From Nocardioides sp. (lineage in GTDB: Bacteria > Actinomycetota > Actinomycetes > Propionibacteriales > Nocardioidaceae), in NCBI GenBank assembly GCA_049583575.1, contig JBAUWD010000383.1:1-37010 (forward strand): DNA of 37,010 bases. The letters are read 5' to 3'. The notes below the pieces were generated by a model. That model did no database searches and had not been told where the DNA came from. It saw only the letters and a list, made by a program, of their open reading frames with translations. The position numbers and the translations under genes are program-made. Each line of letters starts with the position of its first letter. Positions within the stretch are counted from its first letter, which is position 1. Below, one piece after another: positions 18,117 to 26,526 of this stretch.

Positions 18117-18889
18117 ACGGGTTCACGCTTCTCGAGGAACGCGTTGACGCCTTCGCGGGCATCCTCGGACTGGAGCGCGTTGCCCACAGCGAGGTGCTCC
18201 ATCACCATCAGGGACTGGATGTCGGCGTCGAGCCCACGGTCGATGGTCATCTTGGTGAGCCGCATGGCGAAGGGACTCTTGTCGATGATCGGGGCGATGA
18301 AGTCCTTGACCAGCTGGTCGAGCTCCTCCGCGGGCGCTGCGGCGTTGATCAGGTCGAAGTCGACAGCTTCCCGGCCGGTGAGCAGCTTGCCGGTCAGCAT
18401 CAGCTCCTTGGTCTTGCGGATGCCGATCATCCGCGGGAGCCGGTAGATCGGACCCGCCCCGCCGAACAGCGCACGCCGGATGTGGAAGTCGCCGATCAGG
18501 GCGTCCTCCGAGGCCACGGCGAAGTCACAGGAGATCATCAGCTCGAAGCCACCGGCCGTGACGTGGCCCTCGAGCACGGCAACCGAGGGTGTGTTCATCG
18601 AGTACAGGCGGTCGCACACCTTGGCCGAGAGCACCGCGACCTCCATGGCCGTGGTCGTGCCCACGTAGTTGGCGAGGAGCTCGTCGAGGTCGAAACCGGA
18701 GCAGAACGTGTTCTCCCGGCCGCGCAGCACCAGCACCCGCAGGTCGGGGTCGGTGTCGACCTCGACGATGATCTCGTCGAGGCGGTGGAGCAGCTCGACG
18801 GTGACGGCGTTCTTCTTGTGCGGGCGGTTGAGCCACACACGGGCGATGTCGCCGTCCTTCTCGAGCACGATGTGGTCGGTCTGAACCAT
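18101..18889 (-). CDS. Enoyl-CoA hydratase/isomerase family protein
   Basis: LNRPHKKNA, FCSGFD, AGGFEL and EGVNAFLEKR.P motifs. His occupies the second catalytic Glu position (DFHIRR). Confidence 0.92.
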   Translation of the reverse strand: MVQTDHIVLEKDGDIARVWLNRPHKKNAVTVELLHRLDEIIVEVDTDPDLRVLVLRGRENTFCSGFDLDELLANYVGTTTAMEVAVLSAKVCDRLYSMNTPSVAVLEGHVTAGGFELMISCDFAVASEDALIGDFHIRRALFGGAGPIYRLPRMIGIRKTKELMLTGKLLTGREAVDFDLINAAAPAEELDQLVKDFIAPIIDKSPFAMRLTKMTIDRGLDADIQSLMVMEHLAVGNALQSEDAREGVNAFLEKREPVWVGR

Positions 18890-18911
18890 GTCTGGTCCCT
18901 TCGCGTAATTA

Positions 18912-18930
18912 AACTGAATCCACTTCAGTT
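18912..18930. promoter_or_regulatory. Operator at the promoter of the leftward crotonase-to-TetR gene run
   Basis: AACTGAATCCACTT (12/14), within the longer inverted repeat AAACTGAA-N5-TTCAGTTT. Minus-strand TTGACT at 18950-18955. Confidence 0.75.
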
Positions 18931-18961
18931 TGGAGTCGCCGACCGACAAAGTCAAGAGTTG

Positions 18962-18980
18962 AACTGAACCGATTTTGGTT
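18962..18980. promoter_or_regulatory. Operator-like site(s) upstream of fabG
   Basis: AACTGAACCGATTT and overlapping AACCGATTTTGGTT (each 10/14), just before TAGTCT (-10-like). Confidence 0.6.
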
Positions 18981-19067
18981 TAGTCTCTACTCGCGCCAGG
19001 TCCCGGGTCCTGACCGACCCCAGCCGGCGCACCGACAAGTCCGAGCAACCGACATCAAGGAGAAGGC

Positions 19068-19826
19068 GTGAACGTCCCTCAGCGCACCGCGATCGTGACC
19101 GGAGGGGCGCGCGGCATCGGCGCAGCCGTGAGCAGGCGCCTGGCCGCCGACGGCTACCAGGTCGCCGTGCTTGACCTCGACGAGTCCGCCTGCGCCGCGA
19201 CGGTGGCCGACGTCGAGGATCTGGGCAGCAAGGCGATCGCGGTGGGGGCCGACGTTGCGGACGAGGCGGCCGTGAAGTCCGCTGTCGACCGCGTCGCCTC
19301 CGACCTCGGTGCGCCCACCGTGCTGGTCAACAACGCCGGGATCACGCGCGACAACCTGCTGTTCAAGATGTCATCGGTGGACTGGGACTCGGTGATGAAC
19401 GTGCATCTTCGTGGCGCCTTCCTGATGAGCCGAGCGGCCCAGCAGCACATGACCGAGGCGGGGTGGGGGCGCATCGTTAACCTCTCCAGCATCTCCGCGC
19501 TCGGCAACCGCGGCCAGGCGAACTACGCAGCAGCCAAGGCCGGCCTCCAGGGCTTCACGAAGACGCTGTCGATCGAGCTCGGCCGCTACGGCGTCACCGT
19601 CAACGCGGTGGCTCCCGGCTTCATCGCCACCGAGATGACTGCGGCAACCGCCGACCGGCTCGGCATGCCGTTCGAGGAGCTCAAGGCAGCCAACGCCAAG
19701 CAGATCCCGGTCGGCCGCGTCGGTGAGCCGGACGACATCGCCAACGCCGTGTCCTTCTTCGCTGGTGAGGCCGCCGGCTTCGTCTCGGGGCAGGTGCTCT
19801 ACGTCGCCGGCGGCCCGGCCGCCTGA
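19068..19826 (+). CDS. fabG: 3-oxoacyl-(ACP/CoA) reductase
   Basis: TGGARGIG, NNAGITRDNL, GNRGQANYAAAK motifs. RBS AAGGAG. Confidence 0.9.
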   Translation: MNVPQRTAIVTGGARGIGAAVSRRLAADGYQVAVLDLDESACAATVADVEDLGSKAIAVGADVADEAAVKSAVDRVASDLGAPTVLVNNAGITRDNLLFKMSSVDWDSVMNVHLRGAFLMSRAAQQHMTEAGWGRIVNLSSISALGNRGQANYAAAKAGLQGFTKTLSIELGRYGVTVNAVAPGFIATEMTAATADRLGMPFEELKAANAKQIPVGRVGEPDDIANAVSFFAGEAAGFVSGQVLYVAGGPAA

Positions 19827-19875
19827 CCACGGTCGGGGGCGCCCGTGCCGCAGGGCCAGGGGCGGCGGAGCGGGG

Positions 19876-20346
19876 TCAGGCCACGAAGAGGATGACCACG
19901 TCCGCCACGCACACCGGCTTCTCCGCGGCGTCGCAGGCAACCGACACACGGACGGTCACCTGCGTCGAGCCCGGCCCCGGCCGGACGTCCACGATCTCGG
20001 CCGACGCCCGCAGGCTTGCGCCGACCGGGACGGGAGCTGGGAACCTGACCCGCTCGAGGCCGTAGTTCACCGCCATCGAGATCCCACTGACCTCGAGGAG
20101 CTGCCCGAGGAAGAACGGCACCAGCGACAGGGTGAGGTACCCGTGGGCGATGGTCGTCCCGAACGGGCCCTCCTTCGCGCGGGCCTCGTCGACGTGGATC
20201 CACTGGTGGTCGTGGGTCAGGTCCGCGAAGCCCGCGACCTGAGGCTGTGTCACGGCCGTCCAGACGGTCGGCCCCAGCCGCTCCCCCGCACGATGCGGGA
20301 GACCGTCGTACTCCAGGGTGACGGGACCCGAGACCGGTTCACTCAC
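19876..20346 (-). CDS. MaoC-family (R)-specific enoyl-CoA hydratase/dehydratase
   Basis: Hydratase-2 motif FADLTHDHQWIHVD, IAHGYLTLSL and NYGLERVRFPAPV. Confidence 0.92.
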   Translation of the reverse strand: MSEPVSGPVTLEYDGLPHRAGERLGPTVWTAVTQPQVAGFADLTHDHQWIHVDEARAKEGPFGTTIAHGYLTLSLVPFFLGQLLEVSGISMAVNYGLERVRFPAPVPVGASLRASAEIVDVRPGPGSTQVTVRVSVACDAAEKPVCVADVVILFVA

Positions 20347-21565
20347 CGCCGCTCCCCTTCTCCTTCTCGACGGCGTGTGCGACAACGCTCTCGCGGGCCC
20401 GGCGCTTGGCGATCGCCCAGCGGTGGGTCTCGGACGAGCCGTCGTAGATCCTGAACGGCCGCACCTCCCGGTAGTAGCGCGAGAGGAGCACGTCGCCGGA
20501 GATGCCCAGCGCTCCGCAGATCTGCAGGGAACGGTCGACGACGCGTCCGACCGCCTCCGCCACGAAGGTCTTGGCGATCGAGCTCGACTGGGCCGCGCTC
20601 CGCCCCTGGTCCAGCTCGGCGCAGGCCTGCCAGATGAGAAGCCGCGACGCGGAGATGTCGATCTCGGAGTCCGCGATCATCGCCTGCACCATGCCGAGGT
20701 CGCCCAGCCGGGAGCCGAACATCTCGCGCTCCGCAGCGCGGTTCACCCCGATCTCCTGCGCGCGCCGGGCGACGCCCAGCCAGCGCATGCAGTGGGTGAG
20801 CCGCGCCGGAGCCAGCCGGACCTGGGCGTACTCGAAGCCCTTGTCGACGGCGCCCAGCACTGCCTCCTCAGAGACGAAGACGCCATCGAGCTCCAGCTCG
20901 CAGTGACCGCCGAAGAAGCCTTCGTCGAGCGTCTCGATGTGGCGCGTGATCCGCAGGCCCGGTGTGCCGGCGTCGATGAGGAACATCGTCGCGCCTCCTC
21001 GGTCGCCGGGGCGTCCGGACGTGCGTGCCATGCAGATCGTGTACGCCGCCCCGTCGGCGCCGGTGATGAACCACTTCCTGCCGTTGACCAGCCAGCCTCC
21101 GGGAGTCGGTGTGGCGATGGTGGCGAGGGCGGCCGGGTCGGAGCCCGCGCCCGGCGCCGGCTCGGTCATCGCGAAGCATGACCGAGCCGCACCCTCGGCG
21201 AGCGGCCGGAGGTACTTCGCCTTCTGCTGCGCCGTCGCGACCGCCTCGAGCAGGTGCATGTTGCCCTCGTCCGGTGCGGCGATGTTGAGCGCCAGCGGGC
21301 CGAAGATCGACCAGCCCGCCTCCTCGAACACGACGGCACGGCCGCGCATGTCGAGGCCGTGCCCACCGTACTCGCGGGACACGTGCGGGGCAAAGACGCC
21401 GGCATCGCGGGCAGCCTGCTGCAGGTGGTCGCGCAGCTCCTCACCCCCTGCGCCGACGACACCGCCGAGCCGTTCCTCCTCGGGTACGGCGACGGCGCGG
21501 ATGAACGCGGCCGTTCGGGCGGCCAGGTCGGCCACGGCCGGGTCAGTGGTCACGTCGAGGGTCAT
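20339..21565 (-). CDS. Acyl-CoA dehydrogenase family protein, LvaC-like
   Basis: APDEGNMH, CFAMTEPAPGAGSDP, AQVRLAPARLTHCMRWLG and RPFRIYDG motifs. The resemblance to P. putida LvaC is from memory, not from an alignment. Confidence 0.9.
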   Translation of the reverse strand: MTLDVTTDPAVADLAARTAAFIRAVAVPEEERLGGVVGAGGEELRDHLQQAARDAGVFAPHVSREYGGHGLDMRGRAVVFEEAGWSIFGPLALNIAAPDEGNMHLLEAVATAQQKAKYLRPLAEGAARSCFAMTEPAPGAGSDPAALATIATPTPGGWLVNGRKWFITGADGAAYTICMARTSGRPGDRGGATMFLIDAGTPGLRITRHIETLDEGFFGGHCELELDGVFVSEEAVLGAVDKGFEYAQVRLAPARLTHCMRWLGVARRAQEIGVNRAAEREMFGSRLGDLGMVQAMIADSEIDISASRLLIWQACAELDQGRSAAQSSSIAKTFVAEAVGRVVDRSLQICGALGISGDVLLSRYYREVRPFRIYDGSSETHRWAIAKRRARESVVAHAVEKEKGSGGE

Positions 21566-21585
21566 GGCAGTCCTTCAGGTGTGGG

Positions 21586-22635
21586 TCAGGGAAGGTTCTC
21601 GGCGAGCGTCAGCGCCCGCTCCGCGATGCGGCCGACCTGCTCGCCGCGGGCCGTCATGCGGTCGTCCGAGCTCTCGCCGCGCAGGTGCCGCACATAGAGC
21701 TGCTGCATGATGATCGCGGTCTTCCAGCAGCCGAACGCCTCGTACCACGCGACGCCGCCGCGGCTGAGAGACTGCCCGGTGCGGGCGGCGTAGCTGTCGA
21801 CGACCTCGTCCCGGGTGGGCAGGCCGACGTTCTCCAGCCCGGGCACGCCATCGGCCGGGGTCCGGCCGTCCGGCCAGTAGTTCAGGAGCGTCCCCAGGTC
21901 GGTGAGCGGGTCGCCGAGCGTCGCCATGTCCCAGTCGAAGACAGAGGTGACGGTGTCGGGGTCACCCACGGCGAACTGGCAGTTGTCGACCTTGAAGTCG
22001 TTGTGCACCATCGCGGGGCGGCCCGACTCGGGGAGATGCCGTGATAGCAGCCGGCCCACCCGGTCCAGGGTGCCGCGACCGTCGGGGGCGACGGCCTCCC
22101 AGCGTCCCTGCCAGCCGCGAACCTGGCGCTCCAGGTAGCCCGCGGGACGACCGAGGTCACCCAGGCCGCACGACGTCGGGTCGACCTGATGGAGGTCGGC
22201 GAGCGCGTCCACGACGGCCAGCCCGATCCGACGACCGGGCTCCTCACCGACCTGCAGGAGGTCGGGGACGTGGTCCCAGACGACGAGTCCCGATCGGTAC
22301 TCGGAGACCAGGAAGTGGGCGCCGATCACCGATTCGTCGGGACAGTAGTGGAGTCCGAGCGGCGCTCGTGGGTAGGCCGCGTGCAGGAGCGACAGCACCT
22401 TGTACTCGCGGCGCATGTCGTGTGCCGCTGTGGCGATCGTGCCGAACGGTGGTCGGCGTACGACGAGGTCCGTCTCGCCGAACCGGACGAGGTAGGTGAG
22501 GTTCGCCGACCCGTTGGGGAACTGCAGGACGGAGAAGTCCCCCACCGCCTGTGGCAGGTGCTGCCGCAGGTAGGCCTCGAGGGACTCCCAGTCGAGACGC
22601 TCCCCCGGACGGACCTCGGCGACCTCCGGTCTCAC
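21586..22635 (-). CDS. APH-fold phosphotransferase (ACAD10/11 kinase domain / LvaA-like)
   Basis: QFPNGSANLTY, RRPP, AHDMRREY, HNDFKVDN and DWDMATLGDPL motifs. GTGA overlap with the phaC stop. Confidence 0.92.
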   Translation of the reverse strand: MRPEVAEVRPGERLDWESLEAYLRQHLPQAVGDFSVLQFPNGSANLTYLVRFGETDLVVRRPPFGTIATAAHDMRREYKVLSLLHAAYPRAPLGLHYCPDESVIGAHFLVSEYRSGLVVWDHVPDLLQVGEEPGRRIGLAVVDALADLHQVDPTSCGLGDLGRPAGYLERQVRGWQGRWEAVAPDGRGTLDRVGRLLSRHLPESGRPAMVHNDFKVDNCQFAVGDPDTVTSVFDWDMATLGDPLTDLGTLLNYWPDGRTPADGVPGLENVGLPTRDEVVDSYAARTGQSLSRGGVAWYEAFGCWKTAIIMQQLYVRHLRGESSDDRMTARGEQVGRIAERALTLAENLP

Positions 22636-24224
22636 TTCGGCACCCGGTCGCGCACGTAGCTGCCCGGCGCGTCCTCGAGCACGGGATGGGCGGCGTTGCC
22701 GAGGGCCTCCGGGCGCGTAACGAGCCGGCCCGACCGGGCGACGTCCCAGTCCGCCCAGGCCTCCCACCACGACCCGGACTGACGCTCCGCCCCGGCCAGC
22801 CATTCGTCCGCGGACTTCCGCGCGTCGGTGGGACCGGCGAAGAACGTGGCAGCGGGGTTGCCCGGTGGGTTCACCAGGCTCGCGATGTGCCCGGCATTGC
22901 TGAGCACGAAGCTGGACTCGCCCCCGAGCAGCTGCACCGTCCGGTACGTGCCCCGCCACGGGGTCAGGTGGTCGTTGACCGCTCCCGCCACGAACGCCGG
23001 CACGGTGACGCTCCCGAGGTCGATCGGGCTACCGAGGCAGCTCAGCCCCTCAGGGGTGACCAGCGGGTTGTGCTCGAAGATGTCCAGGAACTGCTTGTGC
23101 AGCGCTGCCGGCACGTTCGTGCCGTCTGCGTTCCACGACAGGATGTCGAACTCGGGCGGTTCCAGGCCCATCAGGTAGTTGTTCACCCAGTAGTTCCACA
23201 CGAGGTCGTCGGGGCGCATCCAGCTGAACACCGAACCCATGTTGCGGGCGGTGATGACACCGGCACGCCGCGAGTTCCAGCGCGCCAGAGCGAGCAGCTT
23301 CGCCGAGCTGAACGCCCCGATCGGGGCGTTCAGGCCGAAGTCGAGGAGCGTGACCGCGAACGCGACGCTGTGCACGGGCGACTCACCGGTGGCGGCCAGC
23401 CGGCTGAGGACGCCCGCAGTCATGATGCCGCCGGCACAGAAGCCGATCACGTTGACGTCGTCTGCGCCGGTCACGTCCGCGACCTCCTGGATCGCCGCGG
23501 CGACCCGCGCGGCGTAGGTGTCGAGGTCCCAGTCGGACTCGCGTGCCGAAGGGTTGCGCCAGCTCAGCATGAACGTCTGCAGGCCCCGCCCGGTCGCGTA
23601 CTCGACGAAGCTGCGGCCGGGTGCCAGGTCCAGGAAGTAGTAGCGGCCGATCGGAGGGGGTACGACGAGGACCGGGCGCTCGTACACCTGCTCGGTGGTC
23701 GGCGAGTACTGGATCAGCTCTGCGACGTCGTCACGGCTCACGACTCCGCCCGGAGTCAGCGCCAGGTGCTCCCCGACGCGGAGCGACGACTTCTTGACCA
23801 TCGACGGCATGCCGCCGTTCGTCGCGAGGTCGCTGACCCAGTTGCGCGTTCCCTGCACGAGACTCGTCCCACCGGTGTCCACGAGACGCTTGAGGGCGGA
23901 CGGGTTGCCGACCAGGAAGTTCGTCGGAGCGGCTGCGCTGGTGAGGATCCCGAGCAGGAAGCGCGCCTTGGCGGCACGCACCCAGTCCTCCTCCTCGATG
24001 GCGTCCACGACAAGGTTCACGGCCTGGCACCACGCCAGGTAGGACTGGAGTAGGCGCCGGTAGGCGAGGTTCCCTGTCCAGGCCGGGTCGCGGAACCTGT
24101 GGTCGCCCCGGGCCGTTGCGACCTCTGAGCGGCCGAGGCCGATCCGGACGAGCTCCGCACCGAGAGACACGCCGGCGCGAGCGGCCGCGCTGCATCCGAT
24201 CAGCGTTCGTTGCAGCGTGCTCAC
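22632..24224 (-). CDS. phaC: Poly(3-hydroxyalkanoate) synthase, class I/II-like, 530 aa
   Basis: DHRFRDPAW, APTNFLVGNP, LALTPGGVV, ELIQYSP, YYFLDLAP, lipase box GFCAGG, VNNYLMG..P..FDILSWNAD, DHLTPW and GHIASLVNPP give an intact Cys-Asp-His triad. Confidence 0.9.
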   Translation of the reverse strand: MSTLQRTLIGCSAAARAGVSLGAELVRIGLGRSEVATARGDHRFRDPAWTGNLAYRRLLQSYLAWCQAVNLVVDAIEEEDWVRAAKARFLLGILTSAAAPTNFLVGNPSALKRLVDTGGTSLVQGTRNWVSDLATNGGMPSMVKKSSLRVGEHLALTPGGVVSRDDVAELIQYSPTTEQVYERPVLVVPPPIGRYYFLDLAPGRSFVEYATGRGLQTFMLSWRNPSARESDWDLDTYAARVAAAIQEVADVTGADDVNVIGFCAGGIMTAGVLSRLAATGESPVHSVAFAVTLLDFGLNAPIGAFSSAKLLALARWNSRRAGVITARNMGSVFSWMRPDDLVWNYWVNNYLMGLEPPEFDILSWNADGTNVPAALHKQFLDIFEHNPLVTPEGLSCLGSPIDLGSVTVPAFVAGAVNDHLTPWRGTYRTVQLLGGESSFVLSNAGHIASLVNPPGNPAATFFAGPTDARKSADEWLAGAERQSGSWWEAWADWDVARSGRLVTRPEALGNAAHPVLEDAPGSYVRDRVPK

Positions 24225-25354
24225 AGCCCGAGAACCTCCGCGATGCGGGCGCGGTGCAACCTGGCCGGACCGAAGACCGCTTCGTCGCCGAGCGCCCGGC
24301 GGACGTAGAAGTGGGCCGGGTGCTCCCAGGTGAACCCGACACCGCCGTGCAGCTGGACGGTGTCGTGTGCGGCCCGGATGACGGCATCGGTGCAGATCGC
24401 TCCGGCCACGGCGGCAGCAAGCCCTGCCGAGGCCGGGTCCTGGTCGAACATGGCTGCGGCGTATCGGGCCGCCGACCTCGACCGTTCGAGGTCGACCAGC
24501 ATGTCGGCGAGCCGGTGCTTGATCACCTGGAACGAGGCGAGCGGACGCCCGAACTGGTGCCGCTGCCCGGCGTAGGTGCCCGTCATCTCGAGCATCGCCT
24601 CGATCATCCCGACGTGTTCCGCGGCCAGGGCGGCGCTGGTGAGGACGGCGAGCTCCGACCTGACGGCAGGCCAGTCCTCGGGGCCGGCGATCAGGAAGGC
24701 GGGAGTGGCTTCGACGTCGATGCGCGCCTGCCGCCGAGTGTGGTCGAGCACCTCGAGTGGGGTGCGTGCGACGCCCGCGCCTCGGAGATCGAGCAGATGG
24801 AGGGACTCCCCCGCATCGCCCACCGCCGGAGCGACGAGGAGCTCGGCCGACTCCCCGTGGACGACCCGGCCGACGTGCCCGGTCACGGTGTACGCCGTAG
24901 CGTCCCCCGACACCCTCAGGTGTCCGTCCGCGTGTCCGTCCATGGTGACGGTGGCGACCAGCCGGCCGGTCAGCACGCCGGTGACGAGCTCGTCTGGAAG
25001 CGTGGACGCGGGCGCGGCGAGCACCGCACGCGAAGCCAGCAACGAGGACATCAGCAACGGTTCCGGCAGGAGCCCGCGCCCGGCTTCCTCGAGTACGACG
25101 GCCAGCACGCCGAGGCCGAAGCCGAGACCGCCGCGGTCCTCCGGGACCGCCAGGGAGCTGACATCCATCTCGTCGTTGAGCAGCGACCACAGCTGGGAGG
25201 AGTAGCCCTTCGGGCTCTCCAACGACCGGCGAACCTGCTCGTGGGAGGCGTGTGTCTGCAGGAGGTCGCGCATGACCTTGCGCAGGTCCTCGCGCTCGGC
25301 CACGGGTGCGAGGACGGCCGCGTCGGACTCGGGCCAGGGCTGGGCGGCGTTCAC
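24221..25354 (-). CDS. Acyl-CoA dehydrogenase (short partner-subunit type of heteromeric ACADs)
   Basis: VPEDRGGLG, RHQFGRPLASFQVIKHRLADM and QLHGGVGFTWEH motifs. Lacks the GGTxE motif. Confidence 0.9.
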   Translation of the reverse strand: MNAAQPWPESDAAVLAPVAEREDLRKVMRDLLQTHASHEQVRRSLESPKGYSSQLWSLLNDEMDVSSLAVPEDRGGLGFGLGVLAVVLEEAGRGLLPEPLLMSSLLASRAVLAAPASTLPDELVTGVLTGRLVATVTMDGHADGHLRVSGDATAYTVTGHVGRVVHGESAELLVAPAVGDAGESLHLLDLRGAGVARTPLEVLDHTRRQARIDVEATPAFLIAGPEDWPAVRSELAVLTSAALAAEHVGMIEAMLEMTGTYAGQRHQFGRPLASFQVIKHRLADMLVDLERSRSAARYAAAMFDQDPASAGLAAAVAGAICTDAVIRAAHDTVQLHGGVGFTWEHPAHFYVRRALGDEAVFGPARLHRARIAEVLGL

Positions 25355-25452
25355 GGGCCCTCCTCCACGAGCGACTCCTGGACCTGACCGAAGTCGGCGA
25401 AGGCGGCACCCTCGGTGCCGCCGCTCAGGACGGAGACGAACAGCTCGTGCAC
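25351..25452 (-). CDS. 33-aa micro-ORF at the head of the phaC operon (MHELFVSVLSGGTEGAAFADFGQVQESLVEEGP)
   Basis: AGGAGGA RBS just upstream of the GTG, GC-rich third codon positions, and a stop that overlaps the ACAD start (GTGA). Confidence 0.55.
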   Translation of the reverse strand: MHELFVSVLSGGTEGAAFADFGQVQESLVEEGP

Positions 25453-25488
25453 AGGTCCTCCTGGGTAGGTCGGAGCCGAGCGCTCCTG

Positions 25489-25502
25489 AATTGACTTTAG
25501 TT
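25489..25502. promoter_or_regulatory. Operator upstream of the phaC operon
   Basis: TG-AATTGACTTTAGTT-CA, 11/14 to the consensus core. Confidence 0.65.
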
Positions 25503-25544
25503 CAATTTAGGCAACTCTGCGACGTTCGGCAACCCCCTCGATGC

Positions 25545-25578
25545 TCGACAAGTGCGAATCTTCGAACTAAATTCAGTT
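25545..25578 (+). promoter_or_regulatory. Promoter TCGACA-17 nt-TAAATT with operator AACTAAATTCAGTT (25565-25578)
   Basis: Operator identical to 3744-3757. GTG 7 nt after the -10 suggests a leaderless mRNA. Confidence 0.78.
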
Positions 25579-25580
25579 CT

Positions 25581-25940
25581 GTGGTGGAGTCAACGCTGTC
25601 GCGGTACTACCGAGCCATCGACGAGGACCGGATCGACGACGCCCTGGCGATGCTGCACGAGAGGCTCAGCTTCGTCATCGTCCTGCCGACCGCAGCCCGG
25701 CGCGGGCACGGTCGCGCGGACATGGGCGGCTACCTCTCGGGCCGCGGCGTCCCCGGCCGGAGGCACGCGCTCCTGCGCGAGTCGCGTGACGGTGACCTGG
25801 AGTTCGCCTACGGCAAGGTGACGGAGGGTGCCGTCACGACCGGCCGCTTCCTGGCTGCCGTGCGCGTCGGTCCGGACGGCCTGATCGCCAGCTACCAGGT
25901 CACCTTCGACGTCGAGCACGACCTTCTGGAGGATCGATGA
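25581..25940 (+). CDS. NTF2/SnoaL-like small protein
   Basis: LSRYYRAIDEDRIDDALAML..F..G R pattern typical of SnoaL-like N-termini; 119 aa. ATGA overlap with the next gene. Confidence 0.7.
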   Translation: MVESTLSRYYRAIDEDRIDDALAMLHERLSFVIVLPTAARRGHGRADMGGYLSGRGVPGRRHALLRESRDGDLEFAYGKVTEGAVTTGRFLAAVRVGPDGLIASYQVTFDVEHDLLEDR

Positions 25941-26311
25941 GCCCCACCCCCTTCCTCGTGCGCTGGTTCGAGACGATGGACTCCGGCGCCCCGGAGCGTG
26001 TGCTCGACTTCATCACCGACGACTTCACCATGTCCGTCCAGTTCTCCAAGGGCGACGGACAGTCGGCCGAGTTCGTGGGGGACCGCGCCGGCCTCGTCGC
26101 CTACCTGGACCAGCGCGAACGCAGCGCGCTGGTCCACCACGTGACGCACGGAGCCCGCGTCGCCGACGTCGAGCTGGTCCTCGGCAGGACCACCCGCGAC
26201 GGCTCGTTCGAGGCGTCGTTCAACGCCTCCGCCCTGCTCGATGCCGCCACCGACCGGTGCCGGCGCCTCCTCATCTGCCGCACGCCGGCACTGCAGTTCC
26301 CGCAGGACTGA
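25937..26311 (+). CDS. NTF2/SnoaL-like small protein (second of the pair)
   Basis: LVRWFETMDSGAPERVLDFITDDF..G.RAGLVAYL shows the same architecture as the upstream gene. RBS GGAGG. Confidence 0.7.
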   Translation: MSPTPFLVRWFETMDSGAPERVLDFITDDFTMSVQFSKGDGQSAEFVGDRAGLVAYLDQRERSALVHHVTHGARVADVELVLGRTTRDGSFEASFNASALLDAATDRCRRLLICRTPALQFPQD

Positions 26312-26354
26312 CTTCCGGTCGACGTCCGCAGGGTCTTGACAGGCGGCTAGACTG

Positions 26355-26368
26355 AACTGAATTCATCT
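26355..26368. promoter_or_regulatory. Operator upstream of two micro-ORFs
   Basis: TG-AACTGAATTCATCT-CA, 12/14. Confidence 0.7.
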
Positions 26369-26439
26369 CAAGATATCCCGGGCATCCTCTTCGAGAACCC
26401 CGCATGCACGACCCGCTGGACGCGGAAGGTGGGAACACC

Positions 26440-26526
26440 ATGTACGACGTACTCCCGCAGAACCAGATGTACCTCCAGGACGCGCTCGGCTCACCGATCC
26501 AGATCCTGGGCGGGAGCAGGTCATGA
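26440..26526 (+). CDS. 28-aa micro-ORF (MYDVLPQNQMYLQDALGSPIQILGGSRS)
   Basis: GAAGGTGG RBS-like site upstream; stop overlaps the next start (ATGA). Alternative in-frame ATG at 26404. Confidence 0.4.
   Translation: MYDVLPQNQMYLQDALGSPIQILGGSRS

Noticed and set aside
14377..22635. Aminoglycoside resistance (APH-fold genes at 14377 and 21586)
   Set aside because: Motifs and adjacency to ACADs fit the ACAD10/11-LvaA metabolic kinase group rather than resistance enzymes.
4003..25354. Canonical cholesterol or bile-acid (KstR/KstR2) cluster
   Set aside because: No kstD, kshAB, hsaA-D or ipdAB gene recognised, and the recurring operator differs from the KstR and KstR2 boxes.
22632..25409. 925-aa PhaC with a long N-terminal extension or ACAD-PhaC fusion
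   Set aside because: The extra ~395 aa are an Arg/Pro-rich alternative frame over the ACAD gene. The GTGA overlap at 24221-24224 marks the likely start.
26336..26341. TTGACA as the -35 of the micro-ORF promoter
   Set aside because: No TANNNT at 16-18 bp spacing, and TAGACT is only 6 bp away, so the promoter elements cannot be assigned.
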